Positions 42,140-52,873 are shown, counted from the stretch's first letter. The stretch: DNA of 64,000 nt from Candidatus Bathyarchaeota archaeon (GCA_963771885.1 CAVYVF010000023.1:640001-704000), one strand, 5' to 3'. Numbers and translations: made by a program. Notes: generated by a model from the letters alone, not told the origin.

Positions 42140-43476
42140 TTAGTTGCCTCCTTTACGAGTCTCTGACCACGCTCCAGCAGGAAGGTGGTCGCCTTCTCGT
42201 CTCGTCCCTCTGCTGTGAGCCTTATGAGGGGCTCGGTGCCTGAGGCACGTATGAGTATCCAACCTTCTGGGAGCTGGAGCCTGAGGCCGTCGACGCGGTT
42301 GACCTCAGCGCCACCGAATGCTCCCCTGTAGCCCTGCTCCACTCCCTTCATCGTCTTAGCCCTATCCTTAACCTCTATCTTAGCACTTCGTGTTGGGTAT
42401 TCGGGTGCCTCGGATACGAACTGTGATAGTGTCTGGTCGCGTTCTTCGAGTGCCCGGAGCAGTTTCAGGGCGCCGAGGATACCGTCGGGACACATATGGA
42501 CCTCTGGGAAGATCCATGCGCCAATGGGCTCGCCGCCGAAGACCGCCTTTCTCCGCTCCATCTCTTCTGTGATGTAGGCATCGCCTACGCGGACGCGAAC
42601 TACCTTACCATTAGAGGCTTCGACGACGTCCTCGATGCACATCGAGGCACCGACGTGTGTGACCACGGTTCCGCCGCCGTTTTGCTCAACGGCGTACCCA
42701 GCATACGCTGCTAGGAGCCTGTCTCCGCTGACCGACGCGCCTTTCTCGTCAACCGCCATGAACCTGTCTCCGTCCCCGTCGAAGCCAAAACCCGCTTCGG
42801 CTCCCGTCGCCGTCATATAGGCGCCGAGTCTGCCAAGGTTCTCAGTAGTAGGCTCCGGGTCGCCGGCGGGAAAGTGGCCATCGGGGTGGCCGTTTATGAT
42901 CGATGCGTGAAGTCCAACCGTCTCGAACGCCTGGGAAGCGATAATGCTAGTGGCGCCGCAGTAGCAATCACAGGCGATCTTCCACTCCTTGCTCAATTCT
43001 AGACTTTCTTGTAATACGTCGAGGTACATCCACGTGGCGTCAACCTCCTCTGCCGAACCTACGCCGTCCCAAGGGGCGAAGTCGATTTCGTCGCCCTGGA
43101 GAAGGGACTCGACAGGCCCCTGCTCCTTCTCGGTGAGGCTCATGCCCCGGGAATTGAAGACCTTTAGCCCGTTGTACTGAGGCGGGTTATGGCTCGCGGA
43201 TATTGCTACGCCTGCGTTTGCCTCGAGTTCTCGGGTTAGCCACGCAATGACTGGCGTCGGCAAGAGACCGATGAGCTTGGCGTCGCCCCCACAGGAAGTG
43301 ATGCCTGATGACAGTGCTGATTCTAGCATTGGTCCAGTGACGCGTGCGTCCATGCCGACGACGAACTCTCCGCCCTCGTGTATCGTGGCGAGAGCCGAGC
43401 CGAGCCTCTGGGCGAGTAGGGGCGTGATCTCGACGTTCGCCAGTCCGCGTATGCCTGATGAGCCGAATAGTTTCAC
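42136..43476 (-). CDS. glmM: phosphoglucosamine mutase / alpha-D-phosphohexomutase
   Basis: LFGSSGIRG, SASHNP, FDGDGDR, GGE, RASGTEP. Confidence 0.93.
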   Translation of the reverse strand: MKLFGSSGIRGLANVEITPLLAQRLGSALATIHEGGEFVVGMDARVTGPMLESALSSGITSCGGDAKLIGLLPTPVIAWLTRELEANAGVAISASHNPPQYNGLKVFNSRGMSLTEKEQGPVESLLQGDEIDFAPWDGVGSAEEVDATWMYLDVLQESLELSKEWKIACDCYCGATSIIASQAFETVGLHASIINGHPDGHFPAGDPEPTTENLGRLGAYMTATGAEAGFGFDGDGDRFMAVDEKGASVSGDRLLAAYAGYAVEQNGGGTVVTHVGASMCIEDVVEASNGKVVRVRVGDAYITEEMERRKAVFGGEPIGAWIFPEVHMCPDGILGALKLLRALEERDQTLSQFVSEAPEYPTRSAKIEVKDRAKTMKGVEQGYRGAFGGAEVNRVDGLRLQLPEGWILIRASGTEPLIRLTAEGRDEKATTFLLERGQRLVKEATK

Positions 43477-44066
43477 CTAGAATGCCTCCTGGGGACGAAT
43501 CTGCGTATAGGGTCAACCCTCAAAAACCTTTCCAACTCGTGTATGGTGACACCCCGCTTGACGTCGCCGAAGATGTCACATCGCTCCTCCACGTACTCGG
43601 CAGGGCTCCTGACGACGACCTCGACCTCATCCGGCGGCACGTCAATCTTGAAGTGGTAGGCGTGGACGCCGCCCTTGAATGTGACGTCCCCCTTCTCCTT
43701 GATGACGTATCCTCCGAGAGCTGCCTCGACGTCCTTAGAGCTACGAGCTAGGGCGATGAGGTCGATGTCGCTCCCCCTCCTCGCGGTACCCCTCCACACG
43801 CTCCCGATGAGCCTGGGGCTGAAGCTTGAGAGACTACTCATGACGCGCAGGGCTGTCCGCCTCATTTCGACTAGACGCCTTCGCCTCTCGCCTCCCTCCT
43901 CCTCGTCCGCTATCCGGTCAAGCTCGATGGCAACTTCGTAGTTGCTCGGCATCGCTCTCAATCCGAGGCTGGCGGCCGCCATCTCCTTCGCCTGAATGTA
44001 CTCCTCGGCGGCGCCTGAATAGAGAAGCCTCGCCGCCTCAGCGGCCACAGATGATCTGTCACCCAA
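43473..44066 (-). CDS. Pol-beta superfamily nucleotidyltransferase domain protein
   Basis: LIGSVWRG....GSDIDL motif; overlaps the glmM start. Confidence 0.85.
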   Translation of the reverse strand: MGDRSSVAAEAARLLYSGAAEEYIQAKEMAAASLGLRAMPSNYEVAIELDRIADEEEGGERRRRLVEMRRTALRVMSSLSSFSPRLIGSVWRGTARRGSDIDLIALARSSKDVEAALGGYVIKEKGDVTFKGGVHAYHFKIDVPPDEVEVVVRSPAEYVEERCDIFGDVKRGVTIHELERFLRVDPIRRFVPRRHSR

Positions 44067-44117
44067 CTTGCAGTAGAATTGAACTGAGGGGATTAAACCC
44101 CACCGGGAGTAAAACGG

Positions 44118-44675
44118 TCACTTGTTGTCCTGTAGGACCTTCTTGGTCACTGTTAGGAGGCTGTTCGGGCTGACGGGCTTCATCAGGATCTCCCTTACGT
44201 CCACAGGCTCCTCCTTGAGGCCCTCGGCGAGTTTCTCGTAACCTGTTATCATGACGATCTTTGTTTTCTTGCCCTGCTTCTTCATGATACGAGCTACCTC
44301 GTCACCGTTGATGTCTGGGAGTTTTATGTCGAGGATGATTAGGTCGTAGTTCTTGTCCCTCGTCTTGTGGATCGCCTGCATGCCAGAAGCGGCGATATCG
44401 ACGTGGTAGCCGACGGTCTCGAGTATTACCTTGAAGGTCTCAGTGAGGAACTCATCGTCGTCGACGATGAGGATACTCGACTTACTAGAGACCACCTCTT
44501 CCGCCTCCCTCTTTGCCTCCTCAATTAGCTTCTTATCCTCTGGTTTGATGTCCCCCGACTCGAGCTTCTCAGAGAGCTTCTCCAACCTCTGTGTGATATC
44601 ATATAGGCTCTCCTCATGCTCCTTGAGTATGCTAATTAGGAAGTCCAGGACGTCTATTTTCTCCTTAAGCGACAT
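44118..44675 (-). CDS. response regulator receiver with N-terminal coiled coil
   Basis: ILIVDDD, LDIKLPDING, MITG and LMKP intact; helical N-terminus KIDVLDFLISILKEHE. Confidence 0.9.
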   Translation of the reverse strand: MSLKEKIDVLDFLISILKEHEESLYDITQRLEKLSEKLESGDIKPEDKKLIEEAKREAEEVVSSKSSILIVDDDEFLTETFKVILETVGYHVDIAASGMQAIHKTRDKNYDLIILDIKLPDINGDEVARIMKKQGKKTKIVMITGYEKLAEGLKEEPVDVREILMKPVSPNSLLTVTKKVLQDNK

Positions 44676-45144
44676 TATACGAGACCTGTAGTCTCCTCTG
44701 CGCCCGTGATAAAAGCGGTTGTGGATTTCTGATCCATATATTTTATAGGATTTTATGAGGTTTCCCACATTTTTTTTCCGGTATGGGTTAGTGGAAGGTG
44801 AGGAGAGGTCCGACTGAATAGTCATAGTTCTTGGTCGCGCATTTGGATGTCTTGGGTTGCAGGTTTTTTTTGGCTTTCTTGGGCGGCGGCTAGAACAACT
44901 GCGGGTGATCCTAAGGTGTTGTATGGGGTTCCATTTACTATCGTAGCGCTGGGCTAATGCATCCGCGCCGGCTGGTTGACTTGGCTGGTCTATCTCTTAA
45001 CCCTGTCTGCTACTCTACCTGGCCCACCCGCTCCGTTTTTTAAAGGATTGAGCAGGCGTACAGATGCCTAGGTGAAGTCTCAAACTCATATCAGTAAATA
45101 GCTTGGAAAACCTTATGTTTGCGCCCCCCAAGTGTGTGCTTAAT

Positions 45145-45414
45145 ATGCCTAGGAGAGGAAAGGTCGAGATCTATATTGAGGTCCTCGAAATTGTAATGAA
45201 GGGTGAGGCAAAGCCCACGAGGATCATGTATAGCGCCAACCTCTCCTGGAAGGTTTTCCAGAATGTCCTCACCAACCTGATTACTCAGGGGCTGATTAAC
45301 GAGAATGAGGAACCGGCAGGCAAGGACAGGGATGTGAAGAGATACGAGATCACCGAGTCTGGGATGAACGTGCTAAAGTACTTCCGGAAGGCGACGACTG
45401 CTCTCCCGAAGTAG
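45145..45414 (+). CDS. winged helix-turn-helix transcriptional regulator
   Basis: RRGKVEIYIEVL, KPTRIMYSANLSW, YEITESG..VL. Confidence 0.9.
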   Translation: MPRRGKVEIYIEVLEIVMKGEAKPTRIMYSANLSWKVFQNVLTNLITQGLINENEEPAGKDRDVKRYEITESGMNVLKYFRKATTALPK

Positions 45415-45452
45415 GACTTCGTTTATATCGAGTGGGCATTCACTGCCTGTCA

Positions 45453-46013
45453 ATGGACTACTCGGGGCCTCTCGACGCCGGTTCGCTCTTCAGCGAGATT
45501 AATGCTGTTTTTAAGAAGTATGGCGTCGGGAAGGGCGTCGGCTTCGTGCCGGATCGGCTTGAGGTCGTAATGGACCGTGCCACCTCAGGGGCATGTACAC
45601 TCATTTATAGGGAGTTCTTCACCTACCTGCCCCCTGACGTGATGGAGCTGGCGATGGGGAACGCCGTCGAGTTCCTCGGGGGCCTCGGCGTTCCGAGGGA
45701 GAGGATTAAGAAGCTAGATAGAGGCGTCGAGGTCACCCTTGAGGGCGACGCCCGGATCGCCTACTTCCCTATGCTGGAGATGCTCATACAGGATCGGGGT
45801 GTTGCGGGGAATGTAGACGCCGCCCTCGACTCCCTAAAGGGATCGATACGATCACTGATGGAGCTCTTCAACTTTACATGGGGCTGGGACAGAGAGTCTG
45901 AGACGATATGGAGGAGCAACGTAGCGAGACTCAACGAAGTCATCGAGGCCAACCCTGGTATGCAGGGGGAGATAGAAGAAATAGTCAAGAGACATTCACA
46001 GAGTCGGGCTTAG
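45453..46013 (+). CDS. hypothetical protein
   Basis: 186-aa ORF with host codon usage; no family recognised. Confidence 0.7.
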   Translation: MDYSGPLDAGSLFSEINAVFKKYGVGKGVGFVPDRLEVVMDRATSGACTLIYREFFTYLPPDVMELAMGNAVEFLGGLGVPRERIKKLDRGVEVTLEGDARIAYFPMLEMLIQDRGVAGNVDAALDSLKGSIRSLMELFNFTWGWDRESETIWRSNVARLNEVIEANPGMQGEIEEIVKRHSQSRA

Positions 46014-46270
46014 TTTTTCCCTTTGGGAAAATGTGGCTCTCCAATTGTTGAATAGCCGCTTGATGTGGATATTCCGCTAAATGGTATGGCGTAATATCCC
46101 CATCTGAGTCGCTGTTGCTTGAGCGCTGGTTTGGGATTTTCTTCATCGTTGACGTCCCCGAGACGGCATCGTGAACTCGAATATTTTACAGGGAACGGTT
46201 TTTTTCCGCGTCGGTGGCTGACACCAGGGATGAAGTTGAGGGGATGAATGAAGAGGCACTCGACGCAGGC

Positions 46271-46746
46271 TTAGAATGTAATCTCTTTGCTTTTCTTCCC
46301 CGTCATTCCGGTTATTGTTATTCTACCAACCATGGCTCGAGTCAGGTTCGCGTCTAGCACCCTCTTCAGTCCCTCGGAGGGGGCGCCGAGCCCCTCGTTT
46401 GTGGCGATGAAGGCGTGCAGCTTCTCCACGGGATCGTCTATGAAGGTGAATGTGCCTTCAAACATCACAGAGGAAAAGTTCTGCCTACAGTCGTCTGCCC
46501 CGCCGTAGAAGCCATGATCTATTACGGCCTGCCCCCAGACGTTTGGGTTCTCTCTGAGTATGTTGAGCTTCTTTCCTTCTGGCGCGGAATGGACGTAGAT
46601 GCAGTTCCTCTCTTCGTCGTAGGCGTGCGTTTAAGGAGACGAGATAAGGCTTTTCGCCGGCACATAGCGAGGGTTATGTACTTGGCCTGCCGGAGGACGC
46701 GGCGGAGTTGGGCTGGGTCACTGAACTGTTTGTCACCTCTCCTCAT
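46271..46746 (-). pseudogene. pyridoxamine 5'-phosphate oxidase-like (NimA-like) flavin-binding protein, two frame breaks (~46660, ~46627); may be intact in vivo
   Basis: Reconstructed MRRGDK...LAMC/GEKPYLVSLN/HAYD...IYVHSAPEGKKLNILRENPNV...SVMFEG...MTGK. Confidence 0.8.
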
Positions 46747-46850
46747 ATGGAAGTCATGGTATCATAAGCGTCCCTCTGTGGATTAATACCGGCGGTCGAT
46801 CGCCCCCACCTCGATAATGGTATATAGGCGTGGACCCCCGAGCATGGGAA

Positions 46851-48074
46851 ATGGAAGGCGGTTCCTCGGGGCCGGGTGGGTTCAAGTGGGCGGTCCTCGG
46901 CATAAGCTGGATGGCTTACATGAGTGCCTATCTCGTCAGAACTTCGGTGGCGCCGCTGTCTCCCTTCATAATCGAGGGTCTGAGCCTGAGCAAGTTCCAG
47001 GTCGGGCTCTTAGTTTCAGCCTCCGCCCTTGGCTACATGGCGTTCCAACTACCGGCGGGATGGCTCGTTGACCGAGTGGGTGTCCGGAAGATGCTCTTCG
47101 TGGGGCCCCTCGTGGCGGGGATATTCGCCCTCGGGATGTACTTCGCGGCGGGCTTCCCTATGGCGCTCGCTGTGATGGTGTTGGCGGGCTTCGGTTGTGG
47201 CTGCTTCCCCACCGTGGCGACGAAGGCTGTGCTCCAATGGTTCCCGCTGCGTGAGCGGGCAACCGCGATAGGAATCAACCAGACATCTCTGAACATGGCG
47301 GGCGTTATCACAGCATCAATACTGCCAACACTGGCACTCGCATACGGCTGGCGCGCCGCCTTCATCCCCGTCGGGCTGATACCCATCGCGGCCTCGATTG
47401 CCGCCTACACGCTCTACCGCGAGCCCGCTGGTTCGGAGCAGAAGGTGAACGCAGGGGGCGGTGCCTCGTGGGAGTCGATACGCGGCGTCTTCTTTGACAG
47501 GAACATCGTGCTTGTCGCCCTCGCGTGCATGGGGCTCTGCGTCTGCGAGTTCGCATTCATCGGCTACCTTGTAATCTACCTGAAGGAGGTCGTTGGAGTC
47601 TCCGTCGCCGTAGCTGGCGGATACTTAGCACTCGCAAACATGGGTGGGGCAGTGGGCAAACCCTTCTTCGGCGCCTTAAGCGACAGAGTCTTTGCCGGGA
47701 GCAGGAGAAAGCCCCTCATAATCGTGGGCGTCCTCATCCTTGTGCTGACGGTCGCCATGCAGGTGGTCAGTGCCTCGACACCGGGTTGGCTACTGTTCGG
47801 CGTTATCGTACTCTTCGGATTCACCGCCATCGGGTGGGGCGGGATGAACCTCGTCCTCGCCTCCGAGTTCGCGGGGAGGGAGAACGCTGGCCTCGCTGTC
47901 GGATACGCCGCGACCATATCCCTCATCGGCAATCTCGCTGGGCCACCGCTCTTCGGTTGGCTAGCTGACGCCTCCGGCTCATACACGCTAAGCTGGTGGC
48001 TACTCACGGCCTCCGCAATAGTTGCTGTGATTCTGCTCCTCCTCGTACAGGAGAGCAAGCGTAAGGCCGGCTGA
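46851..48074 (+). CDS. MFS transporter, paralog of 21864-23096
   Basis: GWLVDRVGVRK, GCGCFP.VATKA.LQWFP..ER, GALSDRV, IGWGG.NL. Confidence 0.93.
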   Translation: MEGGSSGPGGFKWAVLGISWMAYMSAYLVRTSVAPLSPFIIEGLSLSKFQVGLLVSASALGYMAFQLPAGWLVDRVGVRKMLFVGPLVAGIFALGMYFAAGFPMALAVMVLAGFGCGCFPTVATKAVLQWFPLRERATAIGINQTSLNMAGVITASILPTLALAYGWRAAFIPVGLIPIAASIAAYTLYREPAGSEQKVNAGGGASWESIRGVFFDRNIVLVALACMGLCVCEFAFIGYLVIYLKEVVGVSVAVAGGYLALANMGGAVGKPFFGALSDRVFAGSRRKPLIIVGVLILVLTVAMQVVSASTPGWLLFGVIVLFGFTAIGWGGMNLVLASEFAGRENAGLAVGYAATISLIGNLAGPPLFGWLADASGSYTLSWWLLTASAIVAVILLLLVQESKRKAG

Positions 48075-48131
48075 GACCCGTCGTAAAGGTTTTTATCGGT
48101 TCTCCTCACGATGCTGTTGAAGGATGCGGGG

Positions 48132-49125
48132 ATGGATCCACAAATCTGCCTAGGCATAGAGTCCACTGCTGACAACCTAGGTGTGGGTATTGCCTCAAGC
48201 GACGGTAAGATCCTCGCAAACGAGGTGAAGGTGCACGTCCCCGACCTCGGTGGGATACACCCACGGGAGGCGGCACGCCACCACTCCGAGAATATAGGTG
48301 CCGTTATCACCGCCGCGTTGAACAAGGCACAGATCACGGCGAAGGACATCAACTTCGTCTCATTTGCTCAGGGCCCCGGTCTGGGTCCTTGCCTGCGCAC
48401 CGGAGCAACGGGGGCACGTGCACTCGCCAGTTACCTAAAGGTTCCCCTCGTCGGCGTCAACCACTGCATAAGCCACATCGAGGTGGGACGACTTGCCACC
48501 GGCGCCAAGGACCCACTCACGCTCTATGTCTCGGGTGGCAATACTATCGTCTCGGGTTTCGAATCGGGGCGCTACCGCGTCTTCGGGGAGACCCTCGACA
48601 TCGCCATCGGCAACTGCCTCGACACCTTCGCCCGCCTGGTTGGGCTGGAGTATCCCGGCGGACCCGCAATCGAGAAATTCGCCGCTGAGGGCAAGAAGCT
48701 CATCCCCCTCCCATACGCCGTCAAGGGCATGGACATGAGCTTCAGTGGCCTCCTCACTGCCGTGAGCAACGAATTCCGCTCCGGCGAGCATAGCATATCC
48801 GACCTCTGCTACAGCCTCCAGGAGACGGGTTACGCGATGCTTGGGTGAGGTCACTGAGAGGGCTCTCGCCCACACTCGCAAGCCCGAGCTACTGCTCACA
48901 GGCGGCGTAGGAGCCAACAAGAGGCTCCGCGGAGTCATAAAAGAGATAGCAGAGGAGCAGGGCGCCCAACCATACTATGTGCCCATCAGCCTCGCAACCG
49001 ATAACGGCGCCATGATCGCGTGGACTGGCATACTCGCTTACCAGAACGGCGTCAGGACCCCCATAGAGACGAGCTACGTCGACCCTAAGTGGAGGCTTGA
49101 CGAGGTGGATATACCATGGCGCTGA
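48132..49125 (+). CDS. kae1: KEOPS t6A synthase Kae1, +1 frame break near 48843
   Basis: LGIESTA, GGIHPREAARHH, GPGLGPCL, VNHCISHIE, YVSGGNT; second frame EVTERALAH, GGVGAN, DNGAMIA. Confidence 0.95.
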
Positions 49126-49754
49126 AAACCATCGCGAAGGGTGCGGAGGCAGACCTCATTCTCGACACCGACTGGAACGGGAGGAAGGCGCTCTTAAAGC
49201 GCCGAGGCGTGAAGAAGTATCGGCATCCACAGATCGACAGGGACATACGCCGTTACCGGACTCTCCATGAGGCGGACCTCATTCACCGAGCGAAGGAGGC
49301 TGGCGTGCCTACACCCCTCATCTACCAACTCGATCCTGAGGGCGCCACCATAGTCATGGAGTATATCGAGGGAATAAAGGTCAGAGACGCCGTTCCAATG
49401 CTGAGCCTTGAGGAGAACCGTTCCCTCTTCCGCCTCATCGGTGAGGAGTCTGGCAGACTCCACAAGGCGTCCCTCATCCACGGCGACCTCACAACCAGCA
49501 ACCTGATCAAGGACGGCGACCGCGTTGTCTTCATCGACTTTGGACTCGGCGAGGTCAGCAAGGAGGTCGAGAAGCGTGGCGTCGACTTCAACCTCATGGT
49601 GCGCATGCTTGCGAGCACCCACTACACCATCATGGAGCCCCTCCTCGAGTCATTCATGGAGGGCTACCGAAAATCTATGGGCGCGGAGGCGGAGGGGGTA
49701 TTCCAGCGCGCCGACGAGATCAGGCGCAGGGGACGCTACATTGATAAAGACTAG
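49116..49754 (+). CDS. bud32: KEOPS kinase/ATPase Bud32
   Basis: KGAEA, YRHP, EA, IHGDLTTSN, IDFGL, RGRY. Confidence 0.95.
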   Translation: MALKTIAKGAEADLILDTDWNGRKALLKRRGVKKYRHPQIDRDIRRYRTLHEADLIHRAKEAGVPTPLIYQLDPEGATIVMEYIEGIKVRDAVPMLSLEENRSLFRLIGEESGRLHKASLIHGDLTTSNLIKDGDRVVFIDFGLGEVSKEVEKRGVDFNLMVRMLASTHYTIMEPLLESFMEGYRKSMGAEAEGVFQRADEIRRRGRYIDKD

Positions 49755-50298
49755 CATCTGGTTCGCCACGGGAAACAGGCACAAGGTCCAGGAGGCGGCG
49801 GAGGTCCTCGCCTCATATGGCATAAGGCTCGAACACTACCCCCTCGAGCGCGTCGAGATACAGGCAGACGACCCGGCAGAGATAGCCGCCTACAGCCTCG
49901 CGCAGGTAGACGACCCTCGCCCCATGTGTGTCGAGGACGCAGGTGTCGCCGTGGACCGATGGGGAGGATTCCCCGGCCCCTACAGCAGCTACGTCCTCGA
50001 GCGCCTCGGAAACCCGGGGATACTCAGGCTCATGGAGGGCGAGGCGAACCGGAAGGCGCACTACGTCTCCGCCGTCGCCTACCGCGACGAGTCCGGTGAA
50101 ATCCACACATTCTACGGCTACGTCCATGGCGAGATAGCCCACAGCATCCGTGGCACCAACGGCTTCGGCTACGACCCCATATTCATCCCCGCCGAGGGCG
50201 ACGGCAGCACCTTCGGGGAGATGCCGCCGGAGGCCAAGAACGCGATCAGCCACCGGGCGCGCGCCTTCAGGGCCCTCGCCGAGTGGTTAAATACCTAG
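49741..50298 (+). CDS. XTP/dITP diphosphatase (HAM1/RdgB family)
   Basis: TTG start FATGNRHK, EIQ, EDAG, GFPGPYS, GFGYDPIF, KNAISHR. Confidence 0.95.
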   Translation: MIKTSIWFATGNRHKVQEAAEVLASYGIRLEHYPLERVEIQADDPAEIAAYSLAQVDDPRPMCVEDAGVAVDRWGGFPGPYSSYVLERLGNPGILRLMEGEANRKAHYVSAVAYRDESGEIHTFYGYVHGEIAHSIRGTNGFGYDPIFIPAEGDGSTFGEMPPEAKNAISHRARAFRALAEWLNT

Positions 50299-50404
50299 TC
50301 CGTTTCGACCATGAAGTAAGCCATCTGCGGCTCGCTGAAAATTAGTAAAGTTTTTTAAACCACTCGGAGCCTTACACTGACGCATTCCAGCAAAGGCGAA
50401 CGCA

Positions 50405-50851
50405 ATGGTCGGCAAACTAACTAGCATGCGGGGGCGCTCCCTCAGCCAGAGGCCCGTCTCCAAGAGGCCACCCACCTGGGTGGTCTACCAGCCAGACGAG
50501 GTCAAGGCGCTCATAATCAACCTAGCGAGGGAAGGGCGCAAGCAGAGTGAGATCGGCAATGTCCTCCGCGACGAGCACGGCATCCCGCTCGTGAAGCCGA
50601 TAGTCGGCTACGGCATCCGCAAGGTGCTCACAGAGGCCGGCCTCGCCACAACTATCCCCGAGGACCTGTACAACCTCATGGTTCGCGCCACGAAGATGAA
50701 GCGCCACATGGAGCGTAACAAGAAGGACTACGGCAACAAGCGTGGCCTCCAGCTCACGGAGTCGATGATCTACAGGCTCACGAAGTATTACAAGAGCAAG
50801 AACATCCTGCCGAAGGACTGGAACTACAGGGACGAGATCGTCACCATCTAG
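50405..50851 (+). CDS. rps15: 30S ribosomal protein S15 (S13e)
   Basis: S.RP....PP.WV, IG..LRD.HGIP, IPEDL, ES.I.RL.KYYK. Confidence 0.96.
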   Translation: MVGKLTSMRGRSLSQRPVSKRPPTWVVYQPDEVKALIINLAREGRKQSEIGNVLRDEHGIPLVKPIVGYGIRKVLTEAGLATTIPEDLYNLMVRATKMKRHMERNKKDYGNKRGLQLTESMIYRLTKYYKSKNILPKDWNYRDEIVTI

Positions 50852-50862
50852 TCTGAGCAGGT

Positions 50863-52290
50863 ATGGAGCCTCCAAGGGAGTTTTTATCCTCCTTTAAGCC
50901 CGCCGCCGATCTTTTCAGGGCACACGTGGAGAAGGGCTCCATCATCCGTATCCTCACACATAACGACGCGGACGGCGTCGCCAGCGGGGGCATACTGAGC
51001 AGGGCTACAAAGAGAGCGGGCGTCCCCTTCAAGATCACGATAGAGAAGCGCCTCGACGAGCAGATACTTAGGGGGGTCGCCGAGGAGAAGCCGTCACTCG
51101 TCGTCCTCACCGATTTCGGCTCCGGGTACCTTGAGCTCGTGGGCAAGGCGCTGCAGGGCGTCGATGCTATCATCCTTGACCACCATATGCCGATGGGGGA
51201 CGCCCCCCCGCGTGTCGTTCAGGTCAACCCCCTACTTCACGGCATCGACGGCAGCCGGGATCTCGCCGCCAGCGGTGTAAGCTACTTCTTCGCCAGGACG
51301 CTCGACGCTAAGAATGTCGACCTCTCGCCACTTGGCCTCGTTGGGGCGCTCGGCGACCAGCAGGACAAGGGGGAGAAGAAGAGTCTCAAGGGCGTAAACA
51401 CCTTCATCGAGGAGGAAGCGACAGCTGCGGGGCTCCTATCGAAGAGTGTCGACCTCATCTTCTACGGCCATGAGACACGCCCCGTCGCGCGCGCAATCGC
51501 GAACACGACCACACCCTTCATCCCCGGCCTAAGCGGGAGGGAAGATAGCACAGTTGCTTTCCTAGACCATATAGGAATCCCACTCAAGACGGGCGACCGT
51601 ATGAGGAGCCTAAGCGACCTCGACGAGGAGGAGAAGAGGAAGCTCTTCAGCTCCCTGAGTAGCCACATGGTGGCGCAGGGTTGTGACGCCAAAACCGTCC
51701 ACAACCTCATCGGCACAGTCTACACGTTCACGAAAGAGGAGGCGACCACCCCCATGCGGGATGGGCGCGAGTACTCGAGTCTCCTCAACGCGTGTGCACG
51801 CATGAGACGCCCCAGCCTTGGTATTGGTATTTGTCTCGGCGACCGCGGGGAGGCCATGCGGGACGCGGAGAAGACCGTCGACGAGTACCGCCGAAAGATC
51901 GGCGGCTACCTCGACTGGGTGAGGGCCGGCGATAGGATCAGGGAGATGAAGGCGATCTACGTCCTGAGCGCGGGTGGGGACATAGACGAGAACATAGTCG
52001 GCGTCGTCTCTAGTATACTACTCGGGCAGGGGATACTCAAGAGCACGAAGCCCATCGTCTCCGCAGCTAACAGCGACGACGGCACCGTAAAGATCAGCTC
52101 TCGCATCGCCGAGGGGACCGCCTACATGGGCATTCACCTCGGCAAGGTGATGCAGGAGGCGGCGGGAGGCGTCGGCGGGGCCGGTGGGGGGCATGACAAC
52201 GCCGCCGGAGCATTCATACCTCAGGGCAGGGAGGAGGATTTCATGAGGAGGGTCGACGATCTTGTCGCCGAGAAGTGGAGCGGAAGCTGA
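50863..52290 (+). CDS. DHH phosphoesterase, RecJ/GAN-like
   Basis: HNDADG, TDFGSG, LDHH, VGALGD, GGGHDNAAG; conserved position after rps15. Confidence 0.93.
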   Translation: MEPPREFLSSFKPAADLFRAHVEKGSIIRILTHNDADGVASGGILSRATKRAGVPFKITIEKRLDEQILRGVAEEKPSLVVLTDFGSGYLELVGKALQGVDAIILDHHMPMGDAPPRVVQVNPLLHGIDGSRDLAASGVSYFFARTLDAKNVDLSPLGLVGALGDQQDKGEKKSLKGVNTFIEEEATAAGLLSKSVDLIFYGHETRPVARAIANTTTPFIPGLSGREDSTVAFLDHIGIPLKTGDRMRSLSDLDEEEKRKLFSSLSSHMVAQGCDAKTVHNLIGTVYTFTKEEATTPMRDGREYSSLLNACARMRRPSLGIGICLGDRGEAMRDAEKTVDEYRRKIGGYLDWVRAGDRIREMKAIYVLSAGGDIDENIVGVVSSILLGQGILKSTKPIVSAANSDDGTVKISSRIAEGTAYMGIHLGKVMQEAAGGVGGAGGGHDNAAGAFIPQGREEDFMRRVDDLVAEKWSGS

Positions 52291-52519
52291 GCTTACCCTG
52301 CGTTATCCGGACGAGGAGATGGCGAGGGCGGTCGCCGAGGCTGTCAGCCCCGACAACTATCAGGCTCCTCAAGGTATGGAGGTTACTATAAAGAGGATGG
52401 ACTCGCAAGTCGATGTCAGTATTAGATGCCCCAAGGGGGTTGGCAGTCTCATCTCGACTCTCGACGATCTGCTCAGCTGCTTCGCCGCGGCGGAGAAGGC
52501 CCTCGGTTGTATGGCCTGA
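52262..52519 (+). CDS. pcc1: KEOPS subunit Pcc1
   Basis: A.AV..AVSPDN...SL.STLDDLL; synteny with rps15-RecJ-rps3ae. Confidence 0.88.
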   Translation: MSPRSGAEAELTLRYPDEEMARAVAEAVSPDNYQAPQGMEVTIKRMDSQVDVSIRCPKGVGSLISTLDDLLSCFAAAEKALGCMA

Positions 52520-52670
52520 GGCGTAGGGTTTTCCACCCGCGACGATTTCTACCGGGCAAGGTTAATAAAAATGATGGTCACTTAGTCGTGACCTTATTCG
52601 CCGCCGTTTTCCATCGGAGCGTATTTCGGGTTTTTTTTCGTGATCAGGGTAACGGATCGGATTATTCAAT

Positions 52671-52780
52671 GTATTTTTTTTTCGTTAATAATCTATTATT
52701 ACCTAATTTTTTCTATTTTTTTAATTTTAGTTTATTCGTATTTTTACGTATTATTTTCTCTTTTTCATATTTTTTTTCTC
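52671..52780. other. strongly T-skewed AT-rich tract
   Basis: About 17 G/C in 110 nt by hand count, with several T6-T9 runs on the + strand. Confidence 0.85.
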
Positions 52781-52873
52781 GCTTACCTTAAGGTTAGCTT
52801 TGATTGATTTCGACTTGTCCTTGCTGAGTGCTCACGGTTCCCACCGCCGCTTGAGCGGCACCTCTCCCCTAGA

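Noticed and set aside
44700..45100. Possible ncRNA in the REC-wHTH intergenic region
   Set aside because: I could not identify any convincing stem-loop system or known RNA motif by eye.
45985..46146. 53-aa minus-strand ORF MKKIPNQRSS...
   Set aside because: Atypical codon usage, no motif, and it overlaps the convergent gene end.
52426..52791. 121-aa Phe-rich ORF
   Set aside because: It is an artefact of translating the T-rich tract, and it overlaps pcc1 out of frame.
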